From NCBI GenBank assembly GCA_964016885.1, contig OZ024740.1, forward strand, positions 361,212,001 through 361,276,000: a stretch of 64,000 nucleotides of DNA, given 5' to 3'. Position 1 is the stretch's first letter. Every line of letters begins with the position of its first letter. A model generated the notes under the pieces. The model was not told where the DNA came from. It made no database searches and saw only the letters and a list, made by a program, of their open reading frames with translations. A program made the position numbers and the translations under genes. Source of the stretch: Eledone cirrhosa (lineage: Eukaryota). This document shows positions 12,919-26,900 of this stretch, in pieces.

Positions 12919-15900
12919 CTTAATGAAATGGAAAGGAAAATAATTAAAAAGAAAAAAAAAACACATATATATACAATTTTTATAATTCATCACTGTTTAA
13001 AGTCTTCTTTCCATGCTGTCAAGTTCTAAGGCTAGCTCATGTTTCTTACAGCTGAGTGTCCTTCCTAATGTGAACCACTTTACTGGGTGCATTTGCCATG
13101 GCACCTTACAGAATAGACTGAGTGCTTTTTATCATGACACCAGCACTACCACTTTACAGAGTAGGCTGGGTGCATTTGATTATGGCACCAATATGAATCA
13201 GCAAAATTATTAGAGCATCAAATAAAATGCTCGGCAACATTTGTTCAATTCAAATTCCATTGATGTCAACTTGCCCATTCATCCTTCTGGGGTTAATATT
13301 ATTGACTCCCTCCCACTAAATTACTAGCCTTGTACCTAATTAGAACCCATTGCACTGGGATAATTGCTGACCTTGTGCCAAAAGTAGAAATAATTATTAC
13401 AAATTGACAGTATCGGTAGAGGGTCGGACGCCATGTTTTGACGCATGGAGTTACGGCCCTTTCCATTCTTAGTTCAAATCTCGCCGAGGTTAACTTTGCC
13501 TTTCATCCTTACAGGGTCGATAAAATAAAGTACCAGTATTGCACTGGGTAATTGCTGGCTTTGTGCCAAAAGTAGAAACAATTATTACAAATTGAAATGA
13601 GAATAATTCAGTGGATGAGAAAAATATCACTCACAAAAAAGCAAATGAATTGCAGATGATGGGAATAGAGCCAATGATAAATGTTGTGAAAAGCAATAAA
13701 ATGAGATGGTTTATTCATGTGTTGAGGAAAAATGAAGGTGACTGGGCGAGTGGAATAGAGCCAGTGATGAATGTTGCGAAGAGAAATGGAATGAGTTAGA
13801 TGGGTAATGTATTGAGGAAGGATGAAAATGACAGGGTAAGAGGAATAGAAACAGTGATGAAAGCTATGATGAGAAATAAAATGAGATGATTGGGTCATAT
13901 GTTGAGGAAGGATGAAAGTGACCTGGTGAGAGATAACAAATTTATGCCATCTTAGGGAGGACAGCTATGAAAAATGAGAGTCCCAACCTACAAACCTTTA
14001 GCCTCTGTCATGTACTGGAGGTTAATTCAATAGACTATTTATTGTCCCTCACAAATTTATTGCCTTCTCTTATCAGAAATGCTTACAATAAATAATTAGT
14101 GAGACCCTTGGAAATTCCACATCCTATTTCAATGTTAAAATATTTTATTCTGTAGTCTAGGCTATTTAATAGATAACAACTTTTTTTATCATCATTTTAT
14201 GTCCACTGGTTTCATTATGTTAAAGTTGTTTAACCTTTTGTGACTGTATTTCAAATCAAAAGCACTCAAATTTCAATTAATTAATGAAAACTATTGAGGG
14301 ATTTACTAAAATTATCATTTCATTACTAAGATAGTTGTATATAATTATGTTGGAAGTATTTGATTTAAATCGAAAACCTTTAAATGGGTGTTTTTGTTTC
14401 ATAGAACCAAAGACAGTTTTGGCCAGGTTGGTATCAAAAGACAAAGTGTAACACCTAAGCCCATTTTGCTATACCAAAAATTTTGACTATGTCTTTGATA
14501 TTATTCCATACGTAAGTGTAATACTCAAACACAGTGGGATAAGAATATAAGTAATGATTTCTGGCAGGTCAAGTAATCACTGGCCCATTGCTGTAGTTTA
14601 CACAAGTGAAATATACCTCCTATACTCATTTTACAGGAGCAAGGGATGGTGTTCTCAAATCACCATATGTTTGCAATGGAGGGAACTTTGCTAAAAAGAA
14701 CCAAGAGCCACGTGGTGGTGTTAAACTGGGTGACAGATTAAGTTTATCACCCAAAGGCCAAGTGGGAGTTTTAAACAGGGCAACAAGTCTATTTACAGTT
14801 AGGACTGAGAGAGTTATGTATGCTGGCCCTAGACACCACAGTGAAATCATGATCATTTAACGTCCATTTTCCCTGCTAGTAGTCATAGACCAAGTTAATA
14901 CTTAATCTGAGCTACTGACCTTTCAGACAGACCCCATATCACATCTTATTACATACATTTCCACACTTTACAGAGTGCACCAGATGTAATAGTTCTTAAT
15001 CCACCTACCCTCAGAAATCATAGGTTCAATGGTGAAACAGTGACCAGGCTTCATCACACCTATAGCTTTGTTTTCTGAAAAATATAAATATATATTACAA
15101 AAATATTAACAAAACTTATGACAGTTGTTTCTTAATGAAACAATAAAAAACAAAAAATATATGTATAACATAGATATGCACCCAGTCCATTTTGTAATAT
15201 GGTTGAGCTGATGTTAAGATAAGATGCACCCAGTACACTTTATAAAACAGTAGTGATGGTGCCAAGATAAAATGCACTCACTCCACTCTAAAGTGGTAGT
15301 GTTTGTACCAGGATAAAACACACCCAGTAGATTCTGTAAAACGGCTGGTGTTAGGAAGTGCATCCAGCTGTAGAAACCATGCCAAACTGGAAAATATGAG
15401 TAGGACTTGGTCATCTGATGTCAAGTCTTAGAATGTTACAACCTATCCAACCCATGCCAGCATGGAAGAAGGACATAAAACAGTGATGATAATGATGAAC
15501 ACATAATTTTCAATGTACATATGTGACAGAGGAAATAGACTGATGCTATTGATGTTCACTTTAAACTGTTGCAGGTCCACTCTTTTGGAAAGGCATGAAC
15601 AGGGGAGCAAGTTCTAGAAGGCTGAAATTCTGGGCAGGAAGGACTGACTGTAGTGGTTGGTGTAAAGCCAGGGAAGGTGTGGATTGAACACAATTTGAGT
15701 AATGAAGGGAAGGGGGCTTGATTGAATCATGAGGAATTTTTAGAGCACTGGTGTTCTTGGCTGGAAGGACTGGGCATAATGGTTACTGCAAAGCCTGGTA
15801 AGATTTGGACACAGCATGAATGATGAGAAGAAGAGTGACTGAACGGAGGTGGCATGAGACTAGCAATCTCTGGGGAGCAGAGACTATTGTAGTAATTGTA

Positions 15901-16435
15901 GAAGAGGTAGAAGAAGGAAACAGCATGTCTGTGGACCAGAGGCTGGAAAGTGTCAGTAATTGTATACTGAATAGTGAAGTAGAATTTTCTCTGGATGAAG
16001 TTTAGGATGCTAATGAGAGTAACAGCAGCACCATCCCAAATATGGGAACAGTACTGTATAGTGAGTAGGTCCATCTGACTTTTGTAGAGGGGCATTAGTT
16101 GATAGGGTCTGAAATTATTTCTGGTCTTGATTTTCAGGGCTAGCAAATTAGTCATTGGAATAGGGTAACTCCTGAAAAGTTAATTGAAAAATAATAAAAT
16201 ACTTACTAGCATAGTGAGGTACACTTGGTGAAGTATGAAACAACCTGAAGAAGAAGGAAATACATACATATATATAATCATCTATCTGTACAGGATACAG
16301 CCAAATGAAACATTGAAGCTTCGAAGTCACTGCCATTTTTCTACTTAAAAAATAAATTTCTACACTCTACTCATCAGTATTGAGTATTCATTCAGTTAAT
16401 GTTTGAATGTTTTAAATACTACAGTTATCTTAAAA

Positions 16436-16477
<42 letters not shown>

Positions 16478-18395
16478 ATAATAATATTATTTATACTTAT
16501 ATATACACTATATATAATTATAAACAGGAAGGGTCAGTAATTCATTACTACCTTATTACCAATTTATATATATATATATGGAGGCACATGGCTTAGTGGT
16601 TAGAGCATTGGCCTTGCAATCGAAAGGTTGTGAGTTCAATTCTCAGACCGGGTGATGTGTTGTTTCCTTGAGCAAGACACTTTATTTCACATAGCTCCAG
16701 TTTACTCAGCTGTAAAAATGAGATGATAGAACTGGGGTCCCTATCATTCCACTGCAAAAAAAGCACCCAGCCCACACTATAAAGTGGACGTGTAGGCGAC
16801 ACGGAAAAAAAGCACTCAGCACTCACTGTAAATGAGGTTGGGGTTAGGAAGGGCATCCAGCTGTAGAAATCAAGCCAGAATCAGTTCCCGTCCCACCCTT
16901 GCAAGCAGGGAAAAGCGGACGTATAAAAAAAAAAAAAAAAAAATGATGATATATTAATCCATGCAAAAATGGATATTAAACAATGATGACAATGATGTAT
17001 ATGTATGTATCACCATCATCATTGTCCAATGTCCATTGTTCCACACTTGCATGGGTTAATATATATATATATCCCCCTACTCCCACCAACACCACCCTCT
17101 CTCTGTAAAGTTATGTTGGTACCACAACATCAGGTTCAAAATAAATTGTCGTGTAGGTGTCACGACAAAAAAACACAGTCCACGCTGTAATGTGGCCGTG
17201 TAGGTAACACGGTAAAAACCTCCCAGTTCCACACTGTAAACGTGGTTGGTGTTAGGAAGGGCATCCAGCCGTAGAAAATCTGCCAGACAGTCCTATACGA
17301 GCGAGACACGGTCTCCCGACCAATCTTGCCTCAAGTGGGACAATTCCCGTCTAAACCCATGCTAGCGTGGAAGATAGATGTTAAACGATGATGATATATA
17401 TTAAAAAATGTGTTTAAAATACTATAGTATTTAAAACATTCAAACATTAAATGAATGAGTATTCAATACTACATACATCACCCTCATTATCTTTATATTA
17501 TCTTTTTTTGCATGCTAGTATAGGTGCCACAAGTATGTCACTACATCTTCACTATATCAGCACCACAACATTAACACTTCCATCATATAATCCTCAATTT
17601 AACAAAACCACCACCACTGCCATAACATAATTACCTAAACTTGAAAACCACCACTACCGCTCACATAACAACAACATAACTTACTGGTGAATGCCATGTC
17701 CACAATAACCTCGGACTACAGAAAATCCATGAGCCTGCGCGTTCTGTTGGATGATGTTTCCTATTTCACGGTAACGAACATTGGGCCGCACTAGAGTGGA
17801 CAGACAGAGGAGATAGTTAATAGAACAGCAGTTAAGTTGTACGAGAATGGACAGAGGGAGCTGATAGATAATGGAACAGCCATAAGGTTGTACTAGAGTG
17901 GACAAACAAGATAGATTTCAGAGCAAGGCTGGAAATAGAGAGAAGTCACACTAGAGTACACAGGCAAAGGAGATAGTTAATAGAACAACAGTTAAGTTGT
18001 ACTAGAGTGGATAAACAGAAGAGATGGTTAATGGGAATAGTCGAGTAAAGCTGGGAATAGATAGATGTCACACAAGAGTGCACAGAAGTAGGAGAGGATA
18101 GTTTATGGAAAAGCAGAGCAAAGCTAGGAATGGATGGAGGATCTCACTAGAATTAACAGGAAGAAGTAGAGGAAGGAGATAGAAAGCAGAGCAATATACT
18201 TTGGGTCATACTACAGTGGATAGACAGGTAAAAGGAGGAGAGAAAGGTGGGAATGAATTGTGAAGATAGGTAGACAGATACTTGAACAAATAGATTGATA
18301 AACAAATAAATTGGTAGACAGGCATTAGTAGATGCTTTGACAAATAGATGGACAAACACAATAAATTGTAGGTATATTTATTTGAAAACTAGTTA

Positions 18396-18438
<43 letters not shown>

Positions 18439-21400
18439 CTATATCAGCCTATATATAGGATGTTACTAGTTAGAAGACTAGTAAGACCATTATTCAACTG
18501 AAAACTTGATACTTTAAAGAAGTAGAGAAGGGATATTCATTATATGTAAACCTCAAGTTAGACAGAGAAACAAGTGTAAAAAAAAGAAGAGAACCACCTT
18601 ACCTTCATTAATAGCTAATTCCAGGCACTTATAAGTAGTTTTCACCAGTTCTTTGCTGGATTCACTAACTTGCCCAACAAAAAACGTTTCGTTCAGGTCT
18701 CCATGGTAACCTTTGTGATACACTGTTACATCGACTGGAAAAAAACAAAACAAATATGTTGTAATATGCAGTATTTATGGTATTAATATAAAACACAAAT
18801 TATATTAATTCTTTTAACATATTTCTAATGAAATATACTGTATTCAAATTAATTAATGAAAAATTTGGAAAGATTTACTAAAATTATTTCATTAGGATGG
18901 TATTTGTAACATAACTTTAAAAAAGTCCTAATACAAAATTGTGTTGGAAGATTTTAATATAACCATTACTCTATATATACAATTGTATTTTTGCAGTAAA
19001 GGCTTTATCTCACATAATATTGAATCTATGAGATTTTGATATTATTTTGAGAACAATACATTAACATCAGTATGAGTGGCCAGTTACAGCCGGTTTGAAC
19101 AGAAAGAGGTGGGGAAATTCTGGCTGGATACAGCCAGTTTAAATGGTGGTTTTGTTTCATAGAACCAAAGGCTGTTATGAGCAAGCTGGCATCAAATGAT
19201 ATCAAGATCATTTTATATTTGCTTCTCATGCTATTATGAGTAGTTTCCACATGGAAAGCCTAATCAGCCAGGTAAACTGAGGCAGACATACATTTTCTTT
19301 TTACTTAGTAGAAGTGGAGAAAGGATCAGCGTCTAAGAACTTCCAACATGAGAAAATGATGTTAACATTCTATTTAATATGTTGCAAGTCTTCTCAATAT
19401 AGGAAAGACATGATTAAGGAGGGAGTCCCATAGGGTCAATGTTCTGGGCAAGAAGGACTGGAAGTTTGGATACAACATTGGTGATGGGAGGAAGAGAGTG
19501 TCTGGTGGAATGTAGTAATGGCAGAAGAGGCAGAGTGGGAAGAGAGTATGTCTGTAGGCCAGAGGCTGGAGTGACAATCATGGAAGGGTGAAAGGAAAAG
19601 TTGACTCCAGCTTGAACTTCAAAATTAGGAAACACACACATGCACGGGTATATATACAAGGTGGGCCACAATTAGTTTACTAACTTATTGTTAAGAAATG
19701 TTAATAAAAAAACAAACAAACCATAGTGATATTAAACTTATTTCCAAAGTGATACATAGAAAATTCATGTATAGAGTTACATTAAAGTTTAGAAATGCTT
19801 CCTGTTGCAAGCATATCATTACATTTCCCTGCAATCAGTAAACTAATTATGGCTCACTTGGTACATGAAGCAAACTACTTACTGTTTAATATATCTCCAT
19901 CTTGAAGTGGCCGCATATCAGGAATGCCATGGCAGATGACTTCATTAACAGACCTTGTAATATAAACAACAGCAGGGGTTAACATTAACAAAATGGTTAC
20001 AGAGTGATGTTCACCACACTATATATACATTACATATAAACTATTTCTATTTCAAGTTTCTTTCTTCATGTGTGTTTGTGTTGGACCTGCATTGGTTCTG
20101 ACAAATGCTCCTGTTGTTTGATCAATGGAACACGGTGCTTGCGAAATTCATGTGCAAGTGGCTGAGGACTCCACAGATATGTGTACCCATAATATAGTTT
20201 CCAGGTAGATCCAGCCTTACACAATGTGTGACAAGACTGACCCTTTGACTCTCAGATACAACTGATTTTTTCCAACTGAGTGTACTGGAGCAACATGATA
20301 TATAGTGTCTTTCTCAAGAGCACAACACACCACCAGAAATCAAACTCATGTCCTTATGATTGTGAGCCAGATACCCAAACCACTCAGCCAGGCACCTTCA
20401 CATACACACATTCATCAGCTTAATGTTTGTTTTCAGTTTGTCATTGTACACAAAGTTGTCAGTAATGTTTTTTTTTTGTATGTTTTTTTAAAAATATTTA
20501 GTCACAAGAAGAGGAATTTTCTAGGTGCAAAACCCATGGTTATTTCTGACCAAAGAGCACCCCCACTCTCTCTATACACACACACACATTAGAGAAGAAA
20601 TTTCAAATTTGGAAACATGGCCTAGAATCAAATGGTCTTAAAGTTAACTTGTCAAAGACTAAAGTCCTAGTATGTGGAAAGGAAAATAGGGCCCAGATAT
20701 CTAATGGTTTCTAATTTAGGTACAAGGCCAGAAATTTGTAGGGGGGAAAAAAAATCGATCATATCGATCTCTGTACTTTACTGGTAATATATTTTGTTGA
20801 CCCTGGAAGGATGAAAGGCAAAGTTGACTTCAATGGGATTTGAACTAAAAAACATGTAGAAAACCATAACTAAATGCTGTAAAACATTGTTTGATGCTCT
20901 AATGCTTTTGCTAATTTACTAGCCTCAATCATTATTATAATAATTGTTTCTACTTTTGGCACAAGGTCAGCAATTACCCAGTGCATTACTGGTACTTTAT
21001 TTTATCGACCCCGTAAGGATGAAAGGCAAAGTTAACCTCGGCGGGATTTGAACTCAGACCATAAAGGGCCGTAACTCTTTGCTGCAAAGCATGGCGTCCG
21101 ACCCTCTACCGATACTGCCAATCCACCAACAATGACAACAATAAAATTTATGTACTTACGTACAACAAGATTTGGGGAATTCGTAATAATTAAGAGGTGA
21201 TGGATAACAATCACGATCTATACAAGCCTGTAAAAACAGAAAAAAACCATTGAAATTGATATTTTAAAGGCAGATACCTGTTTTACTCACAGCTTCCAAA
21301 CTGTTTTTAAGGACAAGATCCTTTGTAAAATTCTTTCCCCGTGTCTTAACATCCTGCACCACATTAAACTGTATTAGCAAAACATTCTTAAAACATCCAC

Positions 21401-23951
21401 ACAAAACAACACATTAAAAATTGGAGTCTTTACTTCACTCGTGGACAAATCATTGTGAAAATGTTAAGTATTAAAGATTCTTGAGTTCAAATCCCGCTGA
21501 GGTTAGCTTTGCCTTTCATCCTTATGGGGTCGATAAAATAAAGCACCAGTAATGCACTGGGGTCAATTTACTCGATTATCTCCTCCCCTAAAATTGCTGG
21601 CCTTGTGCCTGTAGTAGAAATCATTATTATCATTCAGTAGTCTTATTTTCATTGCATTATTGAGCAGTTTTGTAGTTTCTATTGTATTTGAAAGTAGTTT
21701 ACATACGTGTGCAGTGCCTGGAAGTGCAAATGTAAATTTCTAACACTGACACACAAGGCTTCAAATTTTGGGTAGCCAGTTAATCAATCAATGGAAAATG
21801 AAAGGCCAAGTTAACACCAATGGGATTGAACTCAAACAGTAATGGACATTTAAATACCATAAATCACTTAACCAATTCTATCTACCACACTTATAATAAT
21901 AACAACAATAGCTATTACTATAACATCAGCAATAACAATGGTTTCTAATCTGGGCACAAGGCAATCAATTTTGAGGGTAAGAGTACTTGAGTGCTACTTT
22001 ATTTTATTGACCCTGGAAGGTTGAAAAGCAAAGTTGACCACAGCAGGATTTGAACTCACAATGCAATATGCTGTAACTAAATGCTGCAACATATTTTGTC
22101 TAATGCTTTGATGATTCTGTCAAGCCACAGCCTTGATGATAATAATTGTTTCTACTTTTGGCACAAGGCCAGCAATTATCCCAGTGCATTACTGGTGCTT
22201 TATTTTTATTTTATCAACCCCGTAAGGATAAAAGGCAAAGTTAATCCTGGCGGGATTTGAACTCAGACTGTAAAGGGCCGTAACTCTATGCCGCAAAGCA
22301 TAGCATCCGACCCTCTACCAATATTGCCAATCCAAACAATAATAATATATAATTCTTTCTATCATTGGCATAAGGCCAGTAGTTAGGGGGAAGGGGAAAG
22401 TCAATTATATCAACCTCGAAAGGATGGAAGGCAAGGTTGACCTTGGAGCGATTTGAACTCGGAATGTAGAAAGTTTTAACTAAATACTGCAAAGCATTTT
22501 ATCTGACGCTCTACTAATACAAGAGTAATAGTAATATTGATTTTTAACCTAAGCATAAAGCCTCAAATTTATGGGGAGGGAACAATCGATTATATTGACA
22601 CCAGTACATGACTGGTACAGCAATAAATGCTGAAGAAAATGTTGGGGTACAGTAACTCAAACTGAGACCAGTACAAGAGTGGAATTTGTTTCATCAATGC
22701 CAGAAAAATGAAAGGCAAAACTGATCCTGGTGGGATTTGAACACAGTATGGATAGAGAAAAACAATTAGGTGCTAAAGCTATTTAATCCAGCATTTTACC
22801 AACTTAGCACCCTTATAATAATAATAAAGAAACTTACCAGCATAAGATCATACACACACATATAACATGCTTCTACACAGTTTATCTCAAAATTAACTCA
22901 CAAAGCATTGGTTAACCTGAGGCTATTGTAGAAAACACTTACCCAGGGTGTCAAGCAATGGAACTGAACCCAAATCCACACAACTGCAAAGTGAACTTCT
23001 TAACCACACAGCCAAGTGCATGCCTAGGATCCTCAGTTGTGTCAAAGGCATGACAACCTCTCCTGAACACTCAATGGAACATGAGGTCGTGCATAAGCGC
23101 ACAAATCCCTGGCTTGCCTGTGAGATTAGTGGCTCCACTTCAGTACTGACTTGGTCTATGTGGACCCAGCCTACCCTTGCTAACAGGGAAAGCGGACGTT
23201 AATATGATGATGATATACACACACACACAGAGGGACAATAAATAAATTGCAACTTACCTCATGCACAATTCTATCTATCTCATCTGTGGTGACTCCAACT
23301 TGTATTGCCTTGGCAGCAACATCCAACACCTCCCTACCAAGCTGATAAATGAAGAGGGTTGGAGTGAGTGAGAAGACGAGATGAGTCCAGCATTTCATAC
23401 TGTAAGCAAGGAATATATTCAACTATTGTCATACCTCCATTTTGGATACAAAAAGAGAGATCAGTGACAGAACAAAAGTTAACCAGAAAGGTTTCAAACT
23501 TGTTGATTCTAATTGTTGTTGTTTGGTCACATGTCAGACCTATAAATGGCAATCCAGCTATGATCATCCATCCCGTCTTTTTCCTATGTGCAGGAAACCC
23601 AGGACCAAATTGTGTGATTTGAAGAAGATTTGGCTGTTACTTCTAGCAGGTAAAGCAATGATTGTTTCAAGCCCAGAGATTCAAGTCAGGGGCTCATCAA
23701 AAGATTTTTTTGCTGAGGTACTAAAGGTACCTGTGCACTAAAGGCACTTTACCCTCAAAATCAATAAATGCCTCTTCATTATATATTGTTAAATTTGCTG
23801 ACATCTGTCGTGAGGTGAAAGATTAAAGTATCAGAGGGCGCCCAATCATCAGTACAGCCCAGACCACTGATCAGACTGTTTATGATAGGAAGTTTGACAA
23901 GTTCATTTTCTATGAGTATAAGCTAACATTTCAGGCCTTGCACTTCGTTCG

Positions 23952-23988
<37 letters not shown>

Positions 23989-26900
23989 CACATTACCTCT
24001 CTTCTCTTTAGCTCATTCTCACTTGAAGGGCAATACCCAAAATGTCAGATTCTACATTCCTCACAACAATTTTTCTTATTGAATACACCTATTGATTAAT
24101 TGTTGACTCTCACCAATTTTCTCAGATACAAGAAGTTATCCTTTATAACTTATTATAAGAATCTTAACTTAGTTAAATTCACTTGGTATATTTACCCTCA
24201 AGTAATGGAAATTTTTAACACCTTTCATTACCATATTTCTAATGAAAAACATTGCCTAATATTTTCAATTAAATTTGGAAATAATCCAGACAAATTTTTG
24301 TCTGGATTTAGTAATATAACTAACTTTTTTTTTATTATTAAGCCAGTGTTTGAAATAGAATGAAATTTTCTTACATAAAATTACGACAGGTTTTGGGATA
24401 AATATGTACACTTTTAAAGCAGACAATTTTGTATCCTAGAAACAGGGATGGTTTCAGACAGTTTGTTATCAAAATGGTTAGTCCTTTCCTTGTCCAGAAA
24501 TATTAGAGTCAAGCTACACTCATATCTGCCAGTGCTCTATGAAAAACTTTACAATGGGTACGTTCAAATGTTAAATGAATGTTACATAGATGAGTTAAAC
24601 TCACCCGACAAGCTAATCGCATTCCTTCTTGTTCTTCTTCATTCAAAATTTTAATACCGGTGGTCTCTTTCATCTGGCGTTCTGAGATTGGTATTCCTAC
24701 AATTAGGAAGGCAAAACTGATTAATTATATTTTTAAAAAAAACATACAAATCATCATTGTTATATCTGTTTTTCTATGCAAGCATCGGTTGGACAAAAAA
24801 AAAAAAAAAGGATGTTAAGCGAATTAATTTAGTTAAGTGGAATAATTTTAAATATATTTGGTAACAGTAAAAATAAGCCATTGCCTGCTGCCATCAAAAT
24901 ACATTAAATATTATAAGTTCAACAAACCTTCTGCCTGATCTGCATAATCAGGCCTAGGAATATGGTCTGGTACTATTCTCTTGGAGCTCTGAAAAAAAAG
25001 AAACAATATATACATCACATAAATGGCAAAAATGACAAAATCTGCTCTTGTTTGCTTATAAAATACAGTGATTGGCATTAACATTAACAGCAATAAGCCC
25101 ACTGATAATGTTTATAATGTTTCATATCTTTTACATTCAAATTTTAGCTTTTTACTGTCCATTACTGTCATTATAAGTCATACTTGATTGGAAAAGATAG
25201 AGACAGAGAGATAAATAGAGAGAGAGAGAGAGAGACATACACATGTCATCATCATCATTTTTATGAACTGCTTTTCCGTGGTGGCATGAATTGGATGGGA
25301 CTTTTTAGTCAATCTTACAACATACAGGTATTCGGTGTACCTACTTTAAACCAAATACAGTGTCTCTCTCTCTCTCTAAATATATATTATATAGAGAGAG
25401 AGGAGGGGGAGAGTCCTGTCAATATATGCTTGTAATTGATCTATTGAACATACATATATTTTCACTTACACCAGCAGGTAAATTTTCATTCGCCGTTGTT
25501 TGAGTGTCAGAAATAAAGAGCAGCCAGGTCTGGGTCATAGTGAAGGTTTTAATAGGATGGACATTGTAACAAGTGCTTTAAATTTCTAACAAATAAATAT
25601 ATAAAAAGGTAAAAGAAAAAGAAAAAAAACCCTTTTTATTTTAAAAACATTGACATGTTAAGATGGATATAAATAAATCAATTAAGGCAAAAAGAAAAAT
25701 TCTGCCACCATACTAGAGAAAGTAATTTAATCACAAAATATAAACTAAATAGTTTACCTGTTGATAGGGCCGGAGTGGACCAGAAAACCGATAGTTAGGC
25801 CATGGATTATATACACTTTGAGATAAGTTTTTTTCTTCTAGAAGGAAAAAAACAAAACATATATATATTAAATATATCATTCATCAACATCAACATTTTA
25901 TGTCTGCCTTTCCATGTTAGAATGGGTTGGACTGTAATGCAAGTGGTGATATTTGTTTATGCTTCACATAAATAGAGATCCCACTGTCAATGGTTAGGCA
26001 TTTTAATACCCATAACTTTCTTAAAAAAAAAAAAAAAAAAAAAAGAGTAAAAGTTGGTGCTAAGAAGGGTATCCAACCATAGAATTCTGCTTCAAATTCT
26101 CTAGTCCACCTCACACCAGCATAGAAAAATAGCTGTAAACCTGATGATGATGATATATATATATTAATCTTAAAATTTTGTTTTAGAAATAATAATTTTC
26201 CCCGCTAGCAGGGTTGGATGGGTTGTCAAAGACCAAGTAAGTACTTAATCAGAACCACTGATCTCTTAAATGAACCAGGATCCACATCTCGCTAACATAC
26301 GTTCCCATATTTTTCAGAATGCACCATGCATTTTATTGTGGCACCAGTAACAGAGAAGTTATGTCTTTGAAACAACTGAATACTCTTCTCTTGGTTTCCT
26401 ATGTTCTTTCAGTCATCAGCCTCTTTACCGAGTATACTGGTTGTATTAATTCACACACCCAGAGGCTCATCAGACAGGAGCATATACTGGTTTAAGCTTA
26501 TCTCAGTAAGCAACTGAGAGTGCAAAATTACCCCACTGGACAAGAATGCAGTGAGGTAGTCTTATTGCTACGAGTACTCAATTTTGCCAGCTGAGTGGAC
26601 TGGAGCAACATGAAATAAAATGTCTTGCTCGAAGACATATCACACTGCTTGGTTCGGGAGAACTGACTTGACAATCTAACAATTAGGCTATATACTTTCA
26701 CAATTTTCTTTTTAATTCACAGAAAACAGCTCCACCAAATCCATTAATAAGGAATACAGAACTGAAGCTTATCTGTAAATGACTTACTTGCTTTTTTGTG
26801 TAACTTCTTGTGGTCATTCCAACTCTTTTTGAAGCATTCCTGAAAATATAACAAAAATGTTCAGTTAGCATCATGCTTTGTGGCATTAATGGTTGAACAC

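Noticed and set aside
12802-12993. Track ORFs overlapping METAP1 exons in other frames or extending into introns (e.g. 12802-12993, 26698-26886, 40280-40486)
   Set aside because: The true coding segments are defined by splice sites and phase continuity; these ORFs are incidental.
14606-14860. Overlapping 84-aa and 76-aa ORFs on opposite strands in the last METAP1 intron
   Set aside because: No domain or splice support, and the METAP1 CDS is complete without them.
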